Source of the DNA: an uncultured Clostridia bacterium
GTDB taxonomy: Bacteria > Bacillota > Clostridia > Christensenellales > CAG-314
Direction of reading: 5' to 3'
DNA length: 64,000 nucleotides
Assembly: GCA_947625115.1 (NCBI GenBank)
Contig: CANQND010000006.1
Location: forward strand, 72 to 64,071
Part shown: positions 54,034-62,963 of the stretch, piece by piece
Position numbering within the stretch: position 1 is the stretch's first letter
Layout of the letters: every line of letters begins with the position of its first letter
The notes under the pieces: generated by a model
Told to the model about the DNA's origin: nothing
Seen by the model: the letters and a program-made list of their open reading frames with translations, nothing else
The model's database searches: none
Program-made: the position numbers and the translations under genes

Positions 54034-55392
54034 CTACCTCATGTATTTCGCCTTGCCCGTCTTGTTCTTGCTTTCATCTTTGTTGATCCTTTTAAGTACC
54101 ATCTTTTCCACAGGGTAACGCAGTGCCACCGTAGAAATGATACTGAGAGTGTAGTTTACAACCATATAGATTGCAAACGCGCCCGTGTAGATGAAACCGA
54201 ACCAAGCCATCATCAAAGGCATAATTATCATCATTGTTCTGTTTGTCACTTTTTGTTGTTGATTTTGTTCCACTACCTCTCCTTGTCTGTTTTTACGTTC
54301 CATTCGTTGAGAGATAAACATCGACAAAAAGCTCAAACCTATGCTTGCAAAGGGCAGTATCATCAAGCCGTTCCAGCCGCCCTTGCCGTTGTAACCGTTG
54401 CCGTCCATAACGGCGTTGCGAAGTTTGTTGTAGTTTGCCTCGCCGTTGGGATAGTTTGCCATAGAAATCACGCTTGAAAAACCGCCGCCTTCGAACTGTC
54501 CGCCCGTGTAAGGCTGCATTATATCCGCCCAAGTATCGGGTTGCCAAACGTTTTGTATCCACAGCCAACTTTCGTGGTGACCGTCGTAGTACTCCTTGAC
54601 GGAATCGAGAGCGGAGTTTTCCATTTCGTCGCACAGGTTATTGTTGCCGTTTGCGGCAAGTTCGCCCATTCTCGCGGCGATTATTCCCGAGTTTTGGCTT
54701 TTCAGACGTTCCTCTTTGTTCAAAAGAATTCCGTTTTCGTCCGTTTCGCCTTTGCCGAGAGCTTTGTACTCGGTAACAAGTTCGTTGTAACCCTTTTGGT
54801 GTTGAGCTTCGCCGTTGTCGTCCGTGTAGTCAAAACCGTTCAAATAGTATTCTTCAAAGTCGCTGTCTACGATTTTTGCCGTGTAGGCGTCGTAATATTC
54901 GTCAGTAAGTGCCTGAAAGTTGGTGATACTGCTGTACGTAGAATAATTGCGCAAACCGGCAAACATAACAAAGAATATGACCATAGACACGATCATAGGC
55001 AAACAGGTGCTTAGCATACTGAACCCCTGTTTTTTGTACAGTTTTTGTTTTTCTTCGTTTGCGCGAGTTGTGTTTGCGCCGTACTTTTTGTCGATGCTTT
55101 CCATTATCGGTTGCATCTGTTGCATTTTTAGACTGCTCTTACGCGAAGCGTAGCGTTGCCATATATCCAACGGCAGCATCAAAATTTTCAGAAACACCGT
55201 AAAGACAACTACCGTCCAACCGTAGTTGCCCACCCAACCGTGCATCCACTTTACCAGCTTGCCCATAACGCCCAAGTCGTCTTCGCTGTATTTGAAGTAA
55301 TCGGGGCTTTCGCTTCTGCAAGCCGCAAAAATACCGAGGCAGAATATCGCCAACAGTATAAGTATAAGCGCGCTTTTTACCTTTTTATTCAT
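54034..55392 (-). CDS. yidC: YidC/Oxa1-family membrane insertase (lipoprotein-type signal) with an enlarged extracytoplasmic loop
   Basis: Signal LLAIFCLGIFAAC. Core PLDIWQRYASRKSSLKMQQMQP...KLYKKQGFS and C-terminal transmembrane segments. ATG at 55392 after GGGAG. Confidence 0.85.
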   Translation of the reverse strand: MNKKVKSALILILLAIFCLGIFAACRSESPDYFKYSEDDLGVMGKLVKWMHGWVGNYGWTVVVFTVFLKILMLPLDIWQRYASRKSSLKMQQMQPIMESIDKKYGANTTRANEEKQKLYKKQGFSMLSTCLPMIVSMVIFFVMFAGLRNYSTYSSITNFQALTDEYYDAYTAKIVDSDFEEYYLNGFDYTDDNGEAQHQKGYNELVTEYKALGKGETDENGILLNKEERLKSQNSGIIAARMGELAANGNNNLCDEMENSALDSVKEYYDGHHESWLWIQNVWQPDTWADIMQPYTGGQFEGGGFSSVISMANYPNGEANYNKLRNAVMDGNGYNGKGGWNGLMILPFASIGLSFLSMFISQRMERKNRQGEVVEQNQQQKVTNRTMMIIMPLMMAWFGFIYTGAFAIYMVVNYTLSIISTVALRYPVEKMVLKRINKDESKNKTGKAKYMR

Positions 55393-55417
55393 TGTTACTC
55401 CCAAATCGTCGTCGATA

Positions 55418-55663
55418 CTAAACGTGCCAACGCAAAGCACCTTTCGGGTTCATCGGAACGGGGTCGAACCCGCCTTTACCCCAAGGCGCACACTTGCAAA
55501 GTCTTTTCAACGTAAGCCAACTTCCCTTGAAAAATCCGAAACTTTTGTATGCTTCCATAGAATAAACGGAGCAGCTGGGGGTGTAAATACACCTTTTGCC
55601 GCCCTTCCACTTGGATAAAGTCGCTTTGTATAACTTCAAAAGCGCGATCGCAACATATTTCAT
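55418..55663 (-). CDS. yidD: Membrane protein insertion efficiency factor YidD
   Basis: CIYTPSCSVYSMEAYKSFG...KRLCKCAPWGKGGFDPVP. Confidence 0.9.
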   Translation of the reverse strand: MKYVAIALLKLYKATLSKWKGGKRCIYTPSCSVYSMEAYKSFGFFKGSWLTLKRLCKCAPWGKGGFDPVPMNPKGALRWHV

Positions 55664-55992
55664 TGCATTAGTCCGGATTTTGTAAAGAGTTTTACTACGC
55701 TTTGCCGCAAATCGTCAAAAACAAATTCTTCGCGGCAACGCGGAATAAACACCACGTTGTAACCGTTTGCAACCTGCGTTATGACGGAAGAAACCGCCGC
55801 TTTCAATTGCCTGCGAATACGGTTGCGCCTTACCGCCTTGCCGAATTTTTTACTGACGGAAAACCCCACTTTGGTAGGATTGCTGTGCGATTTGCAGTAC
55901 AACATCACAATGTTTTTGTCCGCAACGCTTTCGGCGTGCTTGTACACGTAGTTGTATTGACTGTTCTTTTTTAGTCTGTATATAGACTTCAA
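55660..55992 (-). CDS. rnpA: Ribonuclease P protein component
   Basis: Lies between rpmH and yidD. Basic 110-aa protein with KKFGKAVRRNRIRRQLK. TTG start after GGAGG. Confidence 0.8.
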   Translation of the reverse strand: MKSIYRLKKNSQYNYVYKHAESVADKNIVMLYCKSHSNPTKVGFSVSKKFGKAVRRNRIRRQLKAAVSSVITQVANGYNVVFIPRCREEFVFDDLRQSVVKLFTKSGLMQ

Positions 55993-56004
55993 AGTTTTCC
56001 TCCG

Positions 56005-56139
56005 TTAGGCGGAGATATGGTGACGACCTTTGTTTCTGCGTCTTGCAAGCGTTCTGCGTCCGCCCGTTGTTTTCATTCTGGCGCGGAATCCGTGTACTTT
56101 GCTTCTTTGTCTTTTCTTGGGTTGGTAAGTTCTTTTCAT
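56005..56139 (-). CDS. rpmH: 50S ribosomal protein L34 (44 aa; below the ORF-track cutoff)
   Basis: My translation is [50 protein letters not shown] ribosome-binding site. Confidence 0.95.
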   Translation of the reverse strand: MKRTYQPKKRQRSKVHGFRARMKTTGGRRTLARRRNKGRHHISA

Positions 56140-56228
56140 ATTGCTTCTCCTTGTATCCGCGCCGAGAGCGCGGTTGATCTATCGATTGGGTATGCTTTGC
56201 CGAAAGGTTCGACAAGATATACGCTGAT

Positions 56229-56257
56229 ATTTTAACAAAGAATTATATATTAGTCAA
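56229..56257 (-). promoter_or_regulatory. Sigma-A-type promoter of the rpmH operon
   Basis: Minus strand: TTGACT (56257-56252), 17-nt spacer, TAAAAT (56234-56229). Confidence 0.5.
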
Positions 56258-56305
56258 GTGATTTGCCAATCAAAAGCGTTGCCTTGCGCAGTCGAAAGTT
56301 GACTA

Positions 56306-56334
56306 TTGACAGCGGCAAAATTTGCATTTATAAT
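56306..56334 (+). promoter_or_regulatory. Consensus sigma-A promoter of deoD
   Basis: TTGACA (56306-56311), 17-nt spacer, TATAAT (56329-56334). Confidence 0.65.
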
Positions 56335-56393
56335 GATTACCGACGGCGTTTGTCGCCGCAAAACAAAATTTTATTGCAAAAAGGAGAATTTTT

Positions 56394-57098
56394 ATGCCTG
56401 TACCTACCCCTCATATTGCCGCAAAAGAAGGAGATTTTGCCCAAACCGTACTTATGCCGGGAGATCCGCTGAGAGCCAAATATATTGCGGAACACTACCT
56501 TACCGACGCCGTTTTGGTAAACAACGTGCGCGGCGTTCAGGGCTACACGGGTTACTACAAAGGCAAACGCGTAAGCGTTATGGCAAGCGGAATGGGAATA
56601 CCGTCTATCGGAATTTACAGTTACGAACTGTTCAATTTTTACGGCGTGGAAAATATTATTCGCATAGGGTCCGCGGGAGCCATTCACCCTGATTTGAAAG
56701 TACGCAACCTTGTGTTCGGACAGGGTTCCTGCACAAACAGCAACTACGCGCGGCAGTTCGGTATGCCGGGAACTATCGCTCCCATTTGCAGTTACGAACT
56801 GTTGGAAAAAGCCGTCGCCAAGGCAAAGGAATTGGGCGTAACCTACAAAGTGGGCAATATCCTTGCCAGCGACACGTTCTACGACGACGGCGGAAGCAGT
56901 GCGATTTGGGGCAAAATGGGAGTACTCGCCGTGGAAATGGAGAGCGCGGCACTCTACCTTAATGCCGCTCGCGCGGGCAAAAAAGCTCTTTGTATCTGCA
57001 CCATTTCCGATCACCTTATCACGGGCGAATCGCTTTCCAGCGAGGAGCGGCAAAACTCTTTCAATGAAATGATGGTTCTCGCTCTGGAAATTGCCTGA
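56394..57098 (+). CDS. deoD: Purine-nucleoside phosphorylase (DeoD type)
   Basis: PTPHIAAKEGDFAQTVLMPGDPLRAKYIAE, SGMGIPS, AVEMESAALY. Confidence 0.9.
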   Translation: MPVPTPHIAAKEGDFAQTVLMPGDPLRAKYIAEHYLTDAVLVNNVRGVQGYTGYYKGKRVSVMASGMGIPSIGIYSYELFNFYGVENIIRIGSAGAIHPDLKVRNLVFGQGSCTNSNYARQFGMPGTIAPICSYELLEKAVAKAKELGVTYKVGNILASDTFYDDGGSSAIWGKMGVLAVEMESAALYLNAARAGKKALCICTISDHLITGESLSSEERQNSFNEMMVLALEIA

Positions 57099-57111
57099 CG
57101 CAACTCACCTA

Positions 57112-57146
57112 AAAAAAAACGGTTTCTCGACAAACCGTTTTTTTTG
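57112..57146. terminator. Bidirectional intrinsic terminator after deoD
   Basis: aaaaaaaa-acggttt-ctcgac-aaaccgt-tttttttt. Confidence 0.8.
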
Positions 57147-57183
57147 TTTGTAAAAATTGTTGTTTTTTGTGTCGGGTTATGTC

Positions 57184-57212
57184 TTGCAATTTTTAGGTAA
57201 ATACTGTATAAT
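57184..57212 (+). promoter_or_regulatory. Sigma-A-type promoter upstream of dnaN (with a second TATAAT 5 nt downstream)
   Basis: TTGCAA (57184-57189), 17-nt spacer, TATAAT (57207-57212), then tgttgTATAAT. Confidence 0.55.
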
Positions 57213-57260
57213 TGTTGTATAATGAAAAATTTCGGCGCGTCGGCGGTGTGAGAAGCGGGC

Positions 57261-57351
57261 TTGTCCACAATTCAACCACAACAAAACCGAACAAAACAGG
57301 GTGCTTGTCCACAAAAATTATTTGTGTCATACCACAAAATGTTGGGGATAA
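57261..57351. promoter_or_regulatory. Cluster of three DnaA-box-like 9-mers (candidate oriC / dnaN control region)
   Basis: TTGTCCACA at 57261-57269 and at 57305-57313. TGGGGATAA at 57343-57351 (reverse complement TTATCCCCA). Each has one mismatch to TTATCCACA. Confidence 0.5.
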
Positions 57352-57488
57352 GCGGTCAAAAGGCAACAAGATATTGATTTTTCGCCACCAAAAAGGCGAG
57401 AAATACACAATTTCACAACGCCTAACAAAACCACTACCCGAAGAAAGAATATACAAATGTAGGCTAACCGTCAAAGGAGAAGAACTTT

Positions 57489-58595
57489 ATGAAAATCATC
57501 GTAAACAGTATGGATTTGAACGACGCAGTAGGCAAGGTTATGAAAGCGTTATCCAACAAAGACGTTGCTCCCGTTCTGGAATGTATCAAGGTTACGGCGG
57601 AAAACGACCGTCTTACCCTGTACGCAACGGACAAAGATCTTGCGATCGAGCGTACGATAGACGCAAACGTCATTGTGGGCGGCACATTCTTGGTACCGGG
57701 AAGAATTTTCGGAGATTACATTCGCAACATAGCCGAAAATGGCAGCGATATTTCTTTGGAAATGATCGACGAAAACAGATTGCTTGTGAGTTCCGCCAAC
57801 AGCGAGTGCAACATCGGCACGTTGGACGCGGAGGACTACCCCGAAACGGAACAAGTGGGCGACAAAAATTACTTTGCGATAACGGAAGCCAATCTGCGCG
57901 AGATAATAAACAACGTAATTTTCTCCGTAGCCACCGACGACAGCCGTCCAATGTTGAAAGGCGTCTACTTTGAAGCGCGCGAGTACACCTTGACCGCAGT
58001 CGCTACCGACGGTTACCGTTTTGCTTTGAGCAAAAAGGCGTTGGAAGAACGCGTCGAATACATTTCCGCTACGATACCGTCAAGAAGTCTTTCGGAACTT
58101 TCCAAATTGCTTAGCGACAGCGACAACGTTTTGAAAGTGTTCATCGAAAACAACTACCTGCTAATTTGTATGCAGGATACCAAATTGCTTACCCGTTTGC
58201 TTGCGGGACAGTACATCAAGTACGACAACATAGTTCCGCGCGATTTCCTTTCGACATTGTACGTCAACAAAGAAACTTTCGAGCGCGCCCTGAACACCGC
58301 GTCGATAATGTCGCGCAGTGAAAAGAACAATTTGGTGGTGCTGGACATTGAAGAATATAAGATGAACATTTCCTCCACCAGCCAATACGGCACAGCCAAG
58401 GAAAACATAACTATTTCTTTGACGGGCAAAGACGTGAGGTGCGCTTACAACAGCAAGTACATCAACGACTGTTTGAAAGTAATAAACGCCGAAACGATAA
58501 AGATGGAATTTGCGCAACACAACAGTTGCGTCATCACCGTAAAGGACAGCGACGAAGTGCTTTACTTCATTTTGCCCGTAAAACAGATCGTATAG
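57489..58595 (+). CDS. dnaN: DNA polymerase III beta sliding clamp
   Basis: 368 aa with three-domain clamp length. Motifs ...ATDGYRFA... and LPVKQ at the C-terminus. AAGGAG ribosome-binding site. Confidence 0.9.
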   Translation: MKIIVNSMDLNDAVGKVMKALSNKDVAPVLECIKVTAENDRLTLYATDKDLAIERTIDANVIVGGTFLVPGRIFGDYIRNIAENGSDISLEMIDENRLLVSSANSECNIGTLDAEDYPETEQVGDKNYFAITEANLREIINNVIFSVATDDSRPMLKGVYFEAREYTLTAVATDGYRFALSKKALEERVEYISATIPSRSLSELSKLLSDSDNVLKVFIENNYLLICMQDTKLLTRLLAGQYIKYDNIVPRDFLSTLYVNKETFERALNTASIMSRSEKNNLVVLDIEEYKMNISSTSQYGTAKENITISLTGKDVRCAYNSKYINDCLKVINAETIKMEFAQHNSCVITVKDSDEVLYFILPVKQIV

Positions 58596-58638
58596 TTGAA
58601 AATCGATACCCGTTGTTTGCGGAAGTTTGCAAAATCAG

Positions 58639-58667
58639 GCGGTTTGACGTCAGTCGAACCGCTTTTC
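58639..58667 (+). terminator. Intrinsic terminator of dnaN
   Basis: gcggtttgac, loop gtca, gtcgaaccgc (one G.U), followed by tttt. Confidence 0.65.
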
Positions 58668-58740
58668 TGTTGCCGAAATTCAGCCCCTGCCAATCAATTT
58701 ACCCGTAAAGTTTGCCGAAATCGAAAATAATTTTGAACGG

Positions 58741-58770
58741 AAAAAGCCGAAAGCGCGAAAGCTCTCGGCT
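58741..58770 (-). terminator. Intrinsic terminator of rsmG
   Basis: agccga...tcggct hairpin, followed by ttttt on the minus strand. Confidence 0.6.
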
Positions 58771-58811
58771 GTTTAACTTTGCCAAAGGAAATTCATATAC
58801 CAATATTCCCG

Positions 58812-59474
58812 TTACAGCGGCTGTTTGCGCGGTTTGTTTTGTCCGCGCGGATAGCGTTTGGGCGTAGGCGACGTTTTGCGGAATACAAGTATGGAGCGGC
58901 GACTTCCGTCGTCGAGAACGTAGTCAAAATGAGTTTCAAATTGCAAACCCAGCAGTTTGCACGCGTTTGCCGTGCCGTCAACCTCTGATATATCCGTTTT
59001 GTAGGCAACGACTGCGCCGCCGATTTTTACGATTTGCGCGGTGTACTCCAACAAAATGTTCAGCGGAGCTACCGCCCTCGCAACGGCGACGTCAAATTCT
59101 TCCGAATGGGTTTGAGCGAAATCTTCTGCGCGAGCGTGAAAAAATTCTGCTGTTACGCCCAATTTACCGCAAAGCGTTTTGCAAAAATCGATACGTTTCT
59201 TTTGACTGTCCACAAGCGTGACGGCGATGTCCTTTCGCAGTAGTTTTAGCGGCACGGAGGGAAAACCCGCTCCGCAACCTATGTCGCAAACGGAAGCGGC
59301 GTAGGGGATAGCCGCCGCGCCGTACATACTGTCGGCAAAGTGTTTTACGCGAATTTCTTCTTCGTCCGTTATCGCCGTAAGGTTGTATTTGGCGTTTTCT
59401 TCAAGCAGAAAATCACGGTAGATTTTCAGCTTCTCGTTCAATTCGCCGTCGATGTGGATAACTATGTCTTTCAT
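58812..59474 (-). CDS. rsmG: 16S rRNA (guanine527-N7)-methyltransferase
   Basis: CDIGCGAGFPSVPLK AdoMet motif. Lies downstream of mnmG. Confidence 0.85.
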   Translation of the reverse strand: MKDIVIHIDGELNEKLKIYRDFLLEENAKYNLTAITDEEEIRVKHFADSMYGAAAIPYAASVCDIGCGAGFPSVPLKLLRKDIAVTLVDSQKKRIDFCKTLCGKLGVTAEFFHARAEDFAQTHSEEFDVAVARAVAPLNILLEYTAQIVKIGGAVVAYKTDISEVDGTANACKLLGLQFETHFDYVLDDGSRRSILVFRKTSPTPKRYPRGQNKPRKQPL

Positions 59475-59544
59475 ACTAATATTTTGTTGTATTTCTTTAT
59501 TTAATGTTCAAAATTGTACACTTAAACGGCTTTTCTTGTACAAA

Positions 59545-61410
59545 TCAATTGTGGATATTTTGTGCAAGGTACACTATCAATATCTGTATGTCGGCGGGAG
59601 AAACGCCGAGTATCCTGCTTGCCTGACCGAGATTGCGCGGACGTATTTTGTTCAGTTTTAACCGCGCTTCTATGCGCAAGCCCTCTATCTTGGAGTAGTC
59701 GATATTTTCGGGCAACAGCTTGTTTTCCAACTTACTTGCCTGCGCTATCGCCTCTTCTTCCTTTTCTATGTATCCCCTGTACTTACATTCCAATTCTATC
59801 TGGTACAGCGCGTCGGAGTCTATCCCTGCAAAAAAGCCCAACGTTTGGATATCTTTTGCCGTTATATTTGGACGGCGTAGCATTTCGTCTACGGTCAGCC
59901 CTGCGCCCGTTATCGGCTCGTTTTTTTCTTCAAACAGCGGTCCGTAAATCTTAGGCGAAACAACCTTGCTTAGTTCTCTTTCCGCAAGAGATATTTGCTC
60001 CTTTTTGCGCAAGTATTTCGCATAACGGCAGTCGTCCACCAAGCCTATCTGTCTGCCGAGTTCCGTCAGACGCAAATCGGCGTTGTCCTGCCTCAAAATA
60101 AGGCGGTATTCCGCGCGGCTTGTCATCATTCGGTAGGGTTCGGTGTTTTCTTTGGTGGTTATGTCGTCTATCAATACGCCTATGTAACTGTTATCTCTGC
60201 GTAGCGTAAAAGGAGATTTGCCGTGAACGTATCTTTCCGCGTTTATGCCTGCAACGATACCTTGTCCTGCGGCTTCTTCGTAACCGCTTGTGCCGTTGAT
60301 CTGTCCCGCGAAAAACAAGCCCGCTATGCGCTTGGACATAAGCGTGGCGTTAAGTTGCGTTGCGTCTATGCAATCGTATTCTATCGCGTAGGCGTCGCGC
60401 ATAATTTCTACGTTTTCCAACCCCTCGATACTGTGATAAATTTGTTCTTGAATATCCGCAGGCATAGAGCTGGACGCGCCCTGTACGTAAAATTCGCACG
60501 TGTATTCCGATTCCGGTTCGAGGAATATCTGGTGACGTTCCTTGTCCGCAAAGCGCACCACTTTGTCCTCTATGCTCGGGCAGTATCGGGGACCCACTCC
60601 GTTTATCGAGCCGTTGTAGATGGGCGCGAGATGTTTGTTTTCCAAAATTATTCGTTTGGTTTCTTCGGTGGAATAGGTCAGGTAGCAACTGCGCTTTGTT
60701 GCGGGGATAGAGTCGGTAACAAAAGAAAAGGGCGCGACGTCGCTTTCTCCGCGTTGCTCGATTGTCTTGTTGAGGTCGATCGAATCGAGTTTTACGCGCG
60801 CGGGCGTTCCCGTTTTGAAACGGCTTACGTTAAAACCAAGTTTTACGAGGCTTGCCGTGAGATACTTTGCGTTGGCAAATCCGTTGGGTCCGCTATCGCG
60901 TACGCACTGTCCAACAATTGTGCGTGAGTTGAGGTAAACTCCGCAACAAAATATTGCGGCTTTGCAAGTGTACTGCAAATCGACGGCGGTTTTTACCGTA
61001 AAAGTCCCGTCGGAGTTGCGCGTTACGTCTACCGCTTCACCCTGCCTTAAAAACAGGTTGGGAGTGTTTTCCACGGTGCGTTTCATATTGTAATGATAGG
61101 CGTTTTTGTCCACTTGCGCGCGAGGAGAGAACACGGCGGGACCCTTTCCCCTGTTGAGCATACGCATTTGCAACAGACTTTTGTCGGCGTTCTTTGCCAT
61201 TTCTCCGCCCAACGCGTCTATTTCTTTTACGATTTGTCCTTTCGCCGTACCGCCGACGCTGGGATTGCACGCCAAAAAAGCCACTGTGTCCAAGTTGGTG
61301 GCAAGTAAAAGCGTTTTGCACCCCAAACGCGCGGAGGCAAGAGCCGCCTCGCACCCGGCGTGTCCCGCGCCGATAACTACTACGTCAAAGTGTTTGTTTG
61401 TCATTTTCAT
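59545..61410 (-). CDS. mnmG: tRNA uridine-5-carboxymethylaminomethyl synthesis enzyme MnmG
   Basis: FDVVVIGAGHAGCEAA FAD motif, 620+ aa. ATG at 61410 forms an ATGA overlap with the mnmE stop (alternative ATG at 61404; the track start 61422 is a TTG). Confidence 0.95.
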   Translation of the reverse strand: MKMTNKHFDVVVIGAGHAGCEAALASARLGCKTLLLATNLDTVAFLACNPSVGGTAKGQIVKEIDALGGEMAKNADKSLLQMRMLNRGKGPAVFSPRAQVDKNAYHYNMKRTVENTPNLFLRQGEAVDVTRNSDGTFTVKTAVDLQYTCKAAIFCCGVYLNSRTIVGQCVRDSGPNGFANAKYLTASLVKLGFNVSRFKTGTPARVKLDSIDLNKTIEQRGESDVAPFSFVTDSIPATKRSCYLTYSTEETKRIILENKHLAPIYNGSINGVGPRYCPSIEDKVVRFADKERHQIFLEPESEYTCEFYVQGASSSMPADIQEQIYHSIEGLENVEIMRDAYAIEYDCIDATQLNATLMSKRIAGLFFAGQINGTSGYEEAAGQGIVAGINAERYVHGKSPFTLRRDNSYIGVLIDDITTKENTEPYRMMTSRAEYRLILRQDNADLRLTELGRQIGLVDDCRYAKYLRKKEQISLAERELSKVVSPKIYGPLFEEKNEPITGAGLTVDEMLRRPNITAKDIQTLGFFAGIDSDALYQIELECKYRGYIEKEEEAIAQASKLENKLLPENIDYSKIEGLRIEARLKLNKIRPRNLGQASRILGVSPADIQILIVYLAQNIHN

Positions 61411-62705
61411 TTTCCAAGACAAAATTTACTGTAAATTCTGTCAATAACGTCCTCGCGCGCGTTTGTTCCCGTTATTTCGCCCAAAGTTTCCCACGCTTGC
61501 CGTATTTGAGATGTAACGACGTCCAGCGTGGTTGTTTCGCAGGCGTTTCGGGCTTCGGTCAATTGCTGTTTTGCAAGTTTCAGGCAGGCGAGGTGCCGTT
61601 CGTTGGTTATCAGTAGATCGCTCGATTCGATTTCCTCCGCGCTGAACATCTGGTAAAGCGTTTCCTTGATTATCTCCACGTCGCCGTACTTGGCGGATAC
61701 TACCAAACTGTCCACACAGCAGGGTTCGTTGCCGAACAAATCGCTTTTGTTGTAGATACGTATTTGCGGACGTACCGTCGGATAGACGGAACGGTCGTTC
61801 GGGTCGTCGGTAACGTAAAGCACCGCGTCCGCGCTGTCCGCCGCTTTCTTGGCGCGTTTTACGCCCTCTATCTCTATTACGTCAGAGCTTTCCCGTATTC
61901 CCGCTGTATCCACAAAGTTAAATCTTATATCTTTGTAGTTGACGCTTTCCGTCAGAGTGTCGCGCGTGGTGCCTTGAATTTCCGACACGATGGCTCGATC
62001 CGTCCCGAGAAGCGCGTTGAGCAGGCTGGATTTGCCCACGTTCGGTCTGCCCACTATCGCAACGTCTATTCCATACTTTGCCACTTTTCCCAAAACGGAG
62101 GTGGAAATGAGCGCGTCAAGCTCTTTTATCGTTTCGCCGAGTTCTTTTTTTACCGTTTGCGCCGTGGGCAATTCCAAATCTTCTTCGGGATAGTCCAAAG
62201 ACACTTCGCAAGCAGATACGGTATCGAGCAATTTGTCTTGAAGTTCCGAAATACGCTTGCCCAATTTGTTTTCCAAAAGGTTTGCGCCCGCTTTTGCCGC
62301 CGACGCCGTTTCCGCGTCGATCATTTCGATCATACCCTCGGCATTAGTGAGATTTTGTTTGCCGTTTATAAACGCGCGTTTACTGAACTCTCCGTTTTGA
62401 GCGGGTATGGCTCCGTTTTCCAGACAGGCTTCTATCACCGCCTGCGCAACGGCAATGCCGCCGTGACAGTGAAATTCTACGGTGTTTTCGCCCGTGTAGG
62501 AGTGCGGCGCGACAAAGTAAACGCACATTGCGCGTTCGTTGAAATATCGCGTAGCCAAATTTCCCACTTTGAGCAGATTGGGCTGTTGGGGAAAGGGTTG
62601 AAAAATTTTTTCGGCGATTGCTATTGCGTCGTCGCCGCTCATACGAATGACGGATATTGCCGCGCGTCCGCGAGCGGTGGATAACGCTACGATGGTTTTG
62701 TTCAT
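61407..62705 (-). CDS. mnmE: tRNA modification GTPase MnmE
   Basis: G1 motif GRPNVGKSSLLNAL, DTAGIR, and C-terminal CLGK (the CxGK motif). Confidence 0.95.
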   Translation of the reverse strand: MNKTIVALSTARGRAAISVIRMSGDDAIAIAEKIFQPFPQQPNLLKVGNLATRYFNERAMCVYFVAPHSYTGENTVEFHCHGGIAVAQAVIEACLENGAIPAQNGEFSKRAFINGKQNLTNAEGMIEMIDAETASAAKAGANLLENKLGKRISELQDKLLDTVSACEVSLDYPEEDLELPTAQTVKKELGETIKELDALISTSVLGKVAKYGIDVAIVGRPNVGKSSLLNALLGTDRAIVSEIQGTTRDTLTESVNYKDIRFNFVDTAGIRESSDVIEIEGVKRAKKAADSADAVLYVTDDPNDRSVYPTVRPQIRIYNKSDLFGNEPCCVDSLVVSAKYGDVEIIKETLYQMFSAEEIESSDLLITNERHLACLKLAKQQLTEARNACETTTLDVVTSQIRQAWETLGEITGTNAREDVIDRIYSKFCLGK

Positions 62706-62963
62706 AGTTACCTCTCAATATATTGTACCACTTAACGCGCAAACCGACAACTTCTTTTTGCCGTTGCTCGGCATATCGAGGCGACAGCTTTATACGAAAA
62801 GAATTTGTTTCACAAGATGAAAATTTTGTTTCACAAAAACGCATTTATTGTTGAAATGAATTTGATTTTATGTTATACTGTTTGTGTATAAACTTGTCGT
62901 TTCGGCGCGGGCAATTTGTCGTTGCTCCGACAAGCCGAAAGTAAGTTCCTTTGGGGTGAGATA

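Noticed and set aside
59453-59558. A perfect DnaA box TGTGGATAA (59453-59461) and a one-mismatch box TGTGGATAT (59550-59558) flanking the AT-rich rsmG-mnmG spacer, as a possible origin
   Set aside because: Both boxes lie inside coding sequence (the rsmG codons for VIHI and the mnmG C-terminus). One perfect 9-mer in 64 kb is about what chance predicts. The spacer is only 70 bp. I kept the stronger cluster upstream of dnaN as the candidate instead.
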